From NCBI GenBank assembly GCA_964016885.1, contig OZ024740.1, positions 333,746,001-333,810,000 on the forward strand: a DNA stretch of 64,000 bases, given 5' to 3'. The stretch comes from Eledone cirrhosa (Eukaryota). The notes beneath the pieces were generated by a model, which was not told the origin of the DNA, searched no databases, and saw only the letters and a program-made list of their open reading frames with translations. Shown here in pieces: positions 1-10,325 of the stretch. Within the stretch, counting starts at the first letter, position 1, and every line of letters starts with the position of its first letter. A program made the translations under genes and the position numbers.

Positions 1-3000
1 CAAAAGTGAGTTAGAAGCGAAACGAAATTTAATTTCGTTTCGTTATTTGTTTTTATCGTTTCCGCTGAACCGGTGCGTACAATGACTCACGTTCTATGCA
101 AATTAGTCTACCCACTACTAATTTTCATAGAAAAAGCATATAACGATATGTGCTTTTACAATTCTCTAGAGAAGCCGGAAGATGGGTATATATTGCTGAT
201 GAGATGTAATAACATCGAAACTAGTCCAATATTCCTGTCTGGCTCTCTGGAGAATAGAGGAAATGTGTTTCCTTGAAAACTCGTATGACTCTAAAACCCG
301 GTCCGTCTGTGTGGTTACATACAGACTAGCTGGACACTCACTGTAAAGTGTCTAGTGAAAAACTCAGTACATGTACATATGTATGCATGTGTGTATTTAT
401 ATGCATACTAATACTTCCGTATACATATGTAGATGTACACTTTAACTTAATTATTTAAGCGTCAGTCATACAAAAGTGAGTTAGAAGCGAAACGAAATTT
501 AATTTCGTTTCGTTATTTGTTTTTATCGTTTCCGCTGAACCGGTGCGTACAATGACTCACGTTCTATGCAAATTAGTCTACCCACTACTAATTTTCATAG
601 AAAAAGCATATAACGATATGTGCTTTTACAATTCTCTAGAGAAGCCGGAAGATGGGTATATATTGCTGATGAGATGTAATAACATCGAAACTAGTCCAAT
701 ATTCCTGTCTGGCTCTCTGGAGAATAGAGGAAATGTGTTTCCTTGAAAACTCGTATGACTCTAAAACCCGGTCCGTCTGTGTGGTTACATACAGACTAGC
801 TGGACACTCACTGTAAAGTGTCTAGTGAAAAACTCAGTACATGTACATATGTATGCATGTGTGTATTTATATGCATACTAGTACTTCCGTATACATATGT
901 AGATGTACACTTTAACTTAATTATTTAAGCGTCAGTCATACAAAAGTGAGTTAGAAGCGAAACGAAATTTAATTTCGTTTCGTTATTTGTTTTTATCGTT
1001 TCCGCTGAACCGGTGCGTACAATGACTCACGTTCTATGCAAATTAGTCTACCCACTACTAATTTTCATAGAAAAAGCATATAACGATATGTGCTTTTACA
1101 ATTCTCTAGAGAAGCCGGAAGATGGGTATATATTGCTGATGAGATGTAATAACATCGAAACTAGTCCAATATTCCTGTCTGGCTCTCTGGAGAATAGAGG
1201 AAATGTGTTTCCTTGAAAACTCGTATGACTCTAAAACCCGGTCCGTCTGTGTGGTTACATACAGACTAGCTGGACACTCACTGTAAAGTGTCTAGTGAAA
1301 AACTCAGTACATGTACATATGTATGCATGTGTGTATTTATATGCATACTAGTACTTCCGTATACATATGTAGATGTACACTTTAACTTAATTATTTAAGC
1401 GTCAGTCATACAAAAGTGAGTTAGAAGCGAAACGAAATTTAATTTCGTTTCGTTATTTGTTTTTATCGTTTCCGCTGAACCGGTGCGTACAATGACTCAC
1501 GTTCTATGCAAATTAGTCTACCCACTACTAATTTTCATAGAAAAAGCATATAACGATATGTGCTTTTACAATTCTCTAGAGAAGCCGGAAGATGGGTATA
1601 TATTGCTGATGAGATGTAATAACATCGAAACTAGTCCAATATTCCTGTCTGGCTCTCTGGAGAATAGAGGAAATGTGTTTCCTTGAAAACTCGTATGACT
1701 CTAAAACCCGGTCCGTCTGTGTGGTTACATACAGACTAGCTGGACACTCACTGTAAAGTGTCTAGTGAAAAACTCAGTACATGTACATATGTATGCATGT
1801 GTGTATTTATATGCATACTAGTACTTCCGTATACATATGTAGATGTACACTTTAACTTAATTATTTAAGCGTCAGTCATACAAAAGTGAGTTAGAAGCGA
1901 AACGAAATTTAATTTCGTTTCGTTATTTGTTTTTATCGTTTCCGCTGAACCGGTGCGTACAATGACTCACGTTCTATGCAAATTAGTCTACCCACTACTA
2001 ATTTTCATAGAAAAAGCATATAACGATATGTGCTTTTACAATTCTCTAGAGAAGCCGGAAGATGGGTATATATTGCTGATGAGATGTAATAACATCGAAA
2101 CTAGTCCAATATTCCTGTCTGGCTCTCTGGAGAATAGAGGAAATGTGTTTCCTTGAAAACTCGTATGACTCTAAAACCCGGTCCGTCTGTGTGGTTACAT
2201 ACAGACTAGCTGGACACTCACTGTAAAGTGTCTAGTGAAAAACTCAGTACATGTACATATGTATGCATGTGTGTATTTATATGCATACTAGTACTTCCGT
2301 ATACATATGTAGATGTACACTTTAACTTAATTATTTAAGCGTCAGTCATACAAAAGTGAGTTAGAAGCGAAACGAAATTTAATTTCGTTTCGTTATTTGT
2401 TTTTATCGTTTCCGCTGAACCGGTGCGTACAATGACTCACGTTCTATGCAAATTAGTCTACCCACTACTAATTTTCATAGAAAAAGCATATAACGATATG
2501 TGCTTTTACAATTCTCTAGAGAAGCCGGAAGATGGGTATATATTGCTGATGAGATGTAATAACATCGAAACTAGTCCAATATTCCTGTCTGGCTCTCTGG
2601 AGAATAGAGGAAATGTGTTTCCTTGAAAACTCGTATGACTCTAAAACCCGGTCCGTCTGTGTGGTTACATACAGACTAGCTGGACACTCACTGTAAAGTG
2701 TCTAGTGAAAAACTCAGTACATGTACATATGTATGCATGTGTGTATTTATATGCATACTAGTACTTCCGTATACATATGTAGATGTACACTTTAACTTAA
2801 TTATTTAAGCGTCAGTCATACAAAAGTGAGTTAGAAGCGAAACGAAATTTAATTTCGTTTCGTTATTTGTTTTTATCGTTTCCGCTGAACCGGTGCGTAC
2901 AATGACTCACGTTCTATGCAAATTAGTCTACCCACTACTAATTTTCATAGAAAAAGCATATAACGATATGTGCTTTTACAATTCTCTAGAGAAGCCGGAA

Positions 3001-5689
3001 GATGGGTATATATTGCTGATGAGATGTAATAACATCGAAACTAGTCCAATATTCCTGTCTGGCTCTCTGGAGAATAGAGGAAATGTGTTTCCTTGAAAAC
3101 TCGTATGACTCTAAAACCCGGTCCGTCTGTGTGGTTACATACAGACTAGCTGGACACTCACTGTAAAGTGTCTAGTGAAAAACTCAGTACATGTACATAT
3201 GTATGCATGTGTGTATTTATATGCATACTAGTACTTCCGTATACATATGTAGATGTACACTTTAACTTAATTATTTAAGCGTCAGTCATACAAAAGTGAG
3301 TTAGAAGCGAAACGAAATTTAATTTCGTTTCGTTATTTGTTTTTATCGTTTCCGCTGAACCGGTGCGTACAATGACTCACGTTCTATGCAAATTAGTCTA
3401 CCCACTACTAATTTTCATAGAAAAAGCATATAACGATATGTGCTTTTACAATTCTCTAGAGAAGCCGGAAGATGGGTATATATTGCTGATGAGATGTAAT
3501 AACATCGAAACTAGTCCAATATTCCTGTCTGGCTCTCTGGAGAATAGAGGAAATGTGTTTCCTTGAAAACTCGTATGACTCTAAAACCCGGTCCGTCTGT
3601 GTGGTTACATACAGACTAGCTGGACACTCACTGTAAAGTGTCTAGTGAAAAACTCAGTACATGTACATATGTATGCATGTGTGTATTTATATGCATACTA
3701 ATACTTCCGTATACATATGTAGATGTACACTTTAACTTAATTATTTAAGCGTCAGTCATACAAAAGTGAGTTAGAAGCGAAACGAAATTTAATTTCGTTT
3801 CGTTATTTGTTTTTATCGTTTCCGCTGAACCGGTGCGTACAATGACTCACGTTCTATGCAAATTAGTCTACCCACTACTAATTTTCATAGAAAAAGCATA
3901 TAACGATATGTGCTTTTACAATTCTCTAGAGAAGCCGGAAGATGGGTATATATTGCTGATGAGATGTAATAACATCGAAACTAGTCCAATATTCCTGTCT
4001 GGCTCTCTGGAGAATAGAGGAAATGTGTTTCCTTGAAAACTCGTATGACTCTAAAACCCGGTCCGTCTGTGTGGTTACATACAGACTAGCTGGACACTCA
4101 CTGTAAAGTGTCTAGTGAAAAACTCAGTACATGTACATATGTATGCATGTGTGTATTTATATGCATACTAGTACTTCCGTATACATATGTAGATGTACAC
4201 TTTAACTTAATTATTTAAGCGTCAGTCATACAAAAGTGAGTTAGAAGCGAAACGAAATTTAATTTCGTTTCGTTATTTGTTTTTATCGTTTCCGCTGAAC
4301 CGGTGCGTACAATGACTCACGTTCTATGCAAATTAGTCTACCCACTACTAATTTTCATAGAAAAAGCATATAACGATATGTGCTTTTACAATTCTCTAGA
4401 GAAGCGGGAAGATGGGTATATATTGCTGATGAGATGTAATAACATCGAAACTAGTCCAATATTCCTGTCTGGCTCTCTGGAGAATAGAGGAAATGTGTTT
4501 CCTTGAAAACTCGTATGACTCTAAAACCCGGTCCGTCTGTGTGGTTACATACAGACTAGCTGGACACTCACTGTAAAGTGTCTAGTGAAAAACTCAGTAT
4601 ATGTACATATGTATGCATGTGTGTATTTATATGCATACTAGTACTTCCGTATACATATGTAGATGTACACTTTAACTTAATTATTTAAGCGTCAGTCATA
4701 CAAAAGTGAGTTAGAAGCGAAACGAAATTTAATTTCGTTTCGTTATTTGTTTTTATCGTTTCCGCTGAACCGGTGCGTACAATGACTCACGTTCTATGCA
4801 AATTAGTCTACCCACTACTAATTTTCATAGAAAAAGCATATAACGATATGTGCTTTTACAATTCTCTAGAGAAGCCGGAAGATGGGTATATATTGCTGAT
4901 GAGATGTAATAACATCGAAACTAGTCCAATATTCCTGTCTGGCTCTCTGGAGAATAGAGGAAATGTGTTTCCTTGAAAACTCGTATGACTCTAAAACCCG
5001 GTCCGTCTGTGTGGTTACATACAGACTAGCTGGACACTCACTGTAAAGTGTCTAGTGAAAAACTCAGTACATGTACATATGTATGCATGTGTGTATTTAT
5101 ATGCATACTAGTACTTCCGTATACATATGTAGATGTACACTTTAACTTAATTATTTAAGCGTCAGTCATACAAAAGTGAGTTAGAAGCGAAACGAAATTT
5201 AATTTCGTTTCGTTATTTGTTTTTATCGTTTCCGCTGAACCGGTGCGTACAATGACTCACGTTCTATGCAAATTAGTCTACCCACTACTAATTTTCATAG
5301 AAAAAGCATATAACGATATGTGCTTTTACAATTCTCTAGAGAAGCCGGAAGATGGGTATATATTGCTGATGAGATGTAATAACATCGAAACTAGTCCAAT
5401 ATTCCTGTCTGGCTCTCTGGAGAATAGAGGAAATGTGTTTCCTTGAAAACTCGTATGACTCTAAAACCCGGTCCGTCTGTGTGGTTACATACAGACTAGC
5501 TGGACACTCACTGTAAAGTGTCTAGTGAAAAACTCAGTACATGTACATATGTATGCATGTGTGTATTTATATGCATACTAGTACTTCCGTATACATATGT
5601 AGATGTACACTTTAACTTAATTATTTAAGCGTCAGTCATACAAAAGTGAGTTAGAAGCGAAACGAAATTTAATTTCGTTTCGTTATTTG

Positions 5690-5696
<7 letters not shown>
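1..5696 (+). repeat. Tandem array of 470-bp units (about 12.1 copies, open at the left window edge); retrozyme-like satellite
   Basis: The unit starting caaaagtgagttagaagcg recurs every 470 bp (1, 471 ... 5641). Only four variants were noticed (411, 3701, 4406, 4600). The array ends at ...ttgttttta, joined directly to (TA)n. Confidence 0.98.
190..232 (+). ncRNA. Minimal type I hammerhead ribozyme (first of 12 copies, at +470k; last at 5360-5402)
   Basis: atattg-CTGATGA-gatgt(aata)acatc-GAAAC-ta-GTC^caatat. Core is canonical, stem II is 5 bp, stem III is the palindromic ACTAGT, and stem I is atattg/caatat, extendable over 161-255. Predicted cleavage is after 226. Confidence 0.92.
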
Positions 5697-5763
<67 letters not shown>

Positions 5764-5810
5764 TATGTGTGTGTGTGTGTGTGTATACAAAGAGAGAGAG
5801 AGTGAGAGAG
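5696..5810. repeat. Compound (TA)n/(CA)n/(TG)n/(GA)n microsatellite
   Basis: Read directly from the sequence. Confidence 0.95.
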
Positions 5811-5819
5811 GAAAAAAAC

Positions 5820-7050
5820 TGAACCCAACGCAAGCATAGCTGCCAACGCCCTACAATGCAGTGAAAGATACATTAGACACATGCAACACTTCTATCGACC
5901 CCATGCAGTTCTCTGGCTACAGTCAGATAGACAAGATCAAGGTATATAAAGGAGCAAGAACCAAACGGGCAAAGATTGTAGAAAATGTTGCAAATGGAAC
6001 TTGCCCCATGTAGAGGAGCAAATTTTGGAACAGAATAGAAAGAATTAGGAATAAGGCAAATAAATCAAACTCATGATATAATAGCAATATCTACCAGAGT
6101 GTAATGTTCGTCAATACAGCCCCTGGAGGCGAACTAGCTTATAGATTTAGAAGGGCCCTACACAAGCTCAAATTAAATATCAAGATAGTTGAAAGACTAT
6201 GTATTCCTATAAAATCCTTAATTAGTAAAAAATACCTATTTCAAAGATCTCCGTGCTTATAGGAAATGCATAGTCTGCAAGCTAAGCCGGCAAATTAACT
6301 ACAAAACTAGGAACGTAGATTAAGAACGTAGCAAAAGCTGACTGAGGGACAGTGTAGGGATAAGAATATAGCATACATAGGTGAAACAGCCCGTAGCATA
6401 GGAGGAAGGATATGTGAACTCTGGCGAGAACTCCAACATGCCAAAATGGAGCATAGAAGCGCATTGGAGAACATAAAGTTAAAAATCACATCCACACACA
6501 GAAAAGTTGCAATGCTCAGGCAAATCACAGAGGCAACATATATAAACGAACGCCAACCAATATTAAACAGAAAACATGTGTGGAATAGGATCATGACAAC
6601 TAGTAATTGAGTACGAAATGAAGACATACAGAAACACAAAAACCAAACTAACAAAACAAATTAGGCACACTCAGATAGAACAACAACCAGTAGAGACAAA
6701 TAAATAAAGAGGTAAATAAATAAGTAAACCCACACACACGGATGTAACTCATGGACAAACTAACCACAAATCACACAACACAGAAAAACAAAATGAGGTA
6801 GGACAGAAAAAAGAGGGACACACATAATAAAAACCTAGTCCTTGTGGAGGTCACAGAATGTGTGACGAAAGTCCATTGATAATATACAAACAACCTTCCG
6901 GTTATCGAACGAACAGACCAACCAACTGGAAATTTATAATAAATTGAAGTGAAAACAAACAGGTGCCTGTGTTTTTATTGGCAACATGTCCCTCCGAAAG
7001 TATAACAATATCTGTTTCAACACACGTTTTCAGACGCAAAACAAATTCAA
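5820..7050 (+). mobile_element. Degenerate 3' fragment of a Penelope-like element (RT C-terminus, GIY-YIG, 3' UTR), related to the 10326-13301 element
   Basis: Translatable patches MQFSGYSQ.D (about 5903), YQSVMFV..APGGELA (about 6090) and YIGETARSIGGRI (about 6375) match the 991-aa ORF. Many stops and frameshifts. Confidence 0.85.
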
Positions 7051-7409
7051 GAACACACACACACACGCACACACATATATATATATATATATATACTAAG
7101 GAATTATGAAGTTCATAGAAAGTGCAGAGAATTACTGCAAATATAATTTAGATGAATGAATGGTAGGAGCAGTCGCTGGACACTTTCTTATATCTATGTT
7201 GCATTTTGCCCGATTTCTAAGCAAATATCTATAGCAAGTCATTTACTGTTATTTTTGGCATCTAAATCCCTTACATATATGTGTGTGTATATGTGTGTCT
7301 GTGTATGTATGTGTGTGGTGGTGGTGGGGGGGGGCGTATCTGTGTGTGTGTGTGCGTGTGTGCATGTGTGTTAATGTGTGCGTGTTGTGCAAGTGCATGG
7401 TGTCTTTTA

Positions 7410-7760
7410 TAAGTTAAAAATATTTGTTTTGCAAGGTTTTTGATATGAAATTGTGTATTGAAATAAATATTGTTTTACTTGGGGAGGGTCATATTGTTAT
7501 ATATAATATTGCCAGAAATAATAATGGAATACACTCACTGTTTGGTTTGGATTGGTTTTCGCTCCTTTATCTTTTATATCACCATAGTTAATTTATCTGG
7601 CAATCAATGTTTACCATTGATTAGCCAACGGTTGAAAATACAGATATAAATATATATATAGTCTATGAAAGTTCTTTCGTCAAACATCTTTCACATCATC
7701 AGTGGTATTATTATGCCTCCTCATGTTGTATCGTAATGCCTACGCCATTTTTTATTTAAG
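7410..7760 (-). mobile_element. Solo PLE 3' UTR/pLTR-like segment with an HHR-like motif (7675-7702)
   Basis: Homologous to 9745-10100 (shared ggggagggtcatat, ttgccagaa, acactcactg, tacgccatttt). Minus strand reads CTGATGA-T-gtgaaa(gatg)tttgac-GAAAG. Confidence 0.65.
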
Positions 7761-8674
7761 TTAGTTAAGAATATAAATTCCGAAAACCATACAAGCAGCT
7801 ACTTACTAAATTTATAAACGTCTGCTCTGAAACTACCTCTACAAAACACATGAGAGGGGAATTTAAAAGATTTAGTGATGTTTAAATGTCTGAAATGGTT
7901 CTTTCTAATTGCCATAAAACTAACATGGTAGTTTGTGAAAAATAGAAGTGAAATATCAAAATATATATATACAATCTCATAGGCTAATCAGAATAATTGA
8001 GTGTTCGATGCATGTATGTCCTGAGATTTTGTATCCTTCGAAAAATCAAATTCTCTATGATTATAATAAAATGAATGTTTTAAAAATCATTATGTGTTGT
8101 TAGAAATGTCGCATTAAGTAGTTTTATATGTTATATTTTGTGTAGTATCATAATTTTTGTTATTAAGTTTTATGGTTATTCATATGAAGTATGTGACAAA
8201 ATTCCTCGTAGAAGAATAAGATTTAAATTAAGGATTTGCCTGAGGCATTCTTTTAAGAAAATATAGGTTGATTAATCACGGAAAGCGTTGAGCAACTTTA
8301 AAACGAATGATTGTACCATAGCATGTTGTATTTTGTACGTTATTTGAATTAATTTTTAATGTAGTAATTAATTATTATATATTTAATGGTGATTTTGATA
8401 CTGATATATATTGTTTTTAGACCCATAATTGTATTTGTGATATGCACAAATGTATGGAAAATGTGAGTCAAGAGAGCTATATGTATTTACATGTGTAGGC
8501 TGGAGATTTGTAGGCCATTTGCAAAGTAGTGTGGCTTTCAGAATTCATTCGATTGATACTAACTTCACAGGTACATACAATCCGCTGAGCAATGAGTGGA
8601 AGTCAAATACACACAACACACATATATACATATACAGATGCTGACACACGCACGCACGCACACACACACACACA

Positions 8675-8743
<69 letters not shown>

Positions 8744-8746
<3 letters not shown>

Positions 8747-9705
8747 AAGAAATTATACAATTATCAAAGTTGTGTTCAAATCATTTACTAGGTGACAATC
8801 GTTCCTTCCAAACTCTCGTTTGGAGTCATCGGAGCATTATCAACGTTTGCACATATAATCAACCTCCTATTCAACTGAACAATACTATAGATACATATAA
8901 ATTGATGTTGTGAGCAACAGTTTCGTATTTACAGGGTGGAATGGATGTGACATATATTTTACGAGAATTGTACAATAATTGTACAAACATTCTAGTTCAA
9001 ATTCAAATTCAAATTCAAATTAAATTAAAATTAAAATCAAAACCACGGAGTGGAATACATGCAACAGTTAAAACAAGGGAATAGTCCAAATATTAAAGAG
9101 CCATTTAGGAAGTAATTTTGAGAAAGGAAGATTGCAATAACAATTTATATGCAGGCGGGTGGGTAGTGCGACTGCGTAAGTCATATACATGAGAAGGAGA
9201 CAATCAACGCTATTATGCATATATAGATGAATAAATATGCACTTAAAGCAAATTGTTAATGTATTAGAAGCTATGGTGGGTGTTGAATGTTGATGGTGTT
9301 CGAATGAATGTTTATTGAGAAACATAATTTTTACAGACTTTTCCATGACATATGTTGAATTAAATTTTAGTTAATGTTTATATTGAATGTTTTAAGTTAG
9401 TTATAGCAATGGATTGTAGATTAGTCTTTATGAATTCATATTCATAGACAATATTTGGTCAACCGATTATATGTGCAAACATTGATAATGCTCCGATGAC
9501 TCCAAAAGAGAGTTTGGAAGAAACGATTATCAGCTATTAAATGATTTGAACACAACTTTGATAATTGTATAATTTATTTATTTTCCTGCCCTGTAAAACA
9601 ATTGGTGTTCATACATTGAGCTATTTCTCTTACTGGTAATGCGGTAATTAAGAAATTACTGACCTTACTGTTTATAGTTGTTTATACTATATACATAACT
9701 ATAAA
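8744..9705. mobile_element. Non-coding inverted-repeat element (arms 8744-8860 and 9465-9581) with a variant HHR in each arm
   Basis: aattatacaattatcaaagttgtgttcaaatcattta is the reverse complement of 9538-9574. HHR-like motifs lie at 8786-8839 (-) and 9486-9539 (+). 9490-9665 is homologous to 28670-28830. Flanked by (CA)n/(TA)n. Confidence 0.8.
9486..9539 (+). ncRNA. Variant hammerhead-like motif (CCGAUGA core)
   Basis: taatgct-CCGATGA-c-tccaaa(agagag)tttgga-a-GAAAC-gatt-ATC^agc-t-atta. The mirror copy has stem II tccaaac(GAGA)gtttgga and a GTC triplet. Confidence 0.6.
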
Positions 9706-10325
9706 TAGTATATATATATATATATATATAATAAATACCGGCGATGAATTAGTTTTGCGAGGTTTTTTATATGAAATCGTGTGTCGAAACAGATATTGTT
9801 ATATTTGGGGAGGGTCATATTTGCGTAATATTGCCAGAATTAATAACAGAACACACTCACTGTTTGGTTGGTTTTCGCTTCTCGCTGTCTTTTATATATA
9901 TATATCTGCGATCTAACTTACTCGGTCCTCAATGTTGCCATTGACTGACCGGCGGTCAAAAATAATACAGATACAATATAGACAAACACATATATATATA
10001 GTTTACATAAATCTTTCGTTGCACATCTGCAACATCGTCAGTGGTGTTATATTCATTGTTCCTCCTGTTGTGTTGTATGTCTACGCCATTTTTTTTTTTT
10101 TTTGTTCAGTCTGTCTATATATTTATTTATTTATTTGCTTGTTTGTTTATCTTATTTTATTTTGTCTTCTTTGCGCATGCGTTTGCGTGTGTGTATAGTG
10201 TTATGTGTGATGTGTGATGTGTGACTAGTGTGTATAGTGTTGTCTGCTGGGTGACTAGTGTGTGTTTATGTGCTTGTGTATGTATTTATTTATCTTATTT
10301 TATTTAATTTAATTTACTTATTTAT

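Noticed and set aside
73-5446. Twelve copies of a 67-aa ORF (MRTMTHVLCK...)
   Set aside because: It has a GTG start and no recognisable domain, and it spans the ribozyme cleavage site. Its identity between copies simply follows from the DNA repeat.
1-5696. CRISPR array, or 5S/tRNA/snRNA gene cluster
   Set aside because: There are no unique spacers or cas genes, and the context is eukaryotic. I could not recognise 5S, tRNA or snRNA sequence or A/B boxes.
6838-6880. HHR-like gtcaca(gaatg)tgtgac-GAAAG in the PLE fragment
   Set aside because: Stem II remains, but the CUGANGA core is destroyed, so it is at most a relic.
7760-8640. AT-rich unique-looking stretch with short ORFs
   Set aside because: I could not support any exon, motif or repeat structure by eye.
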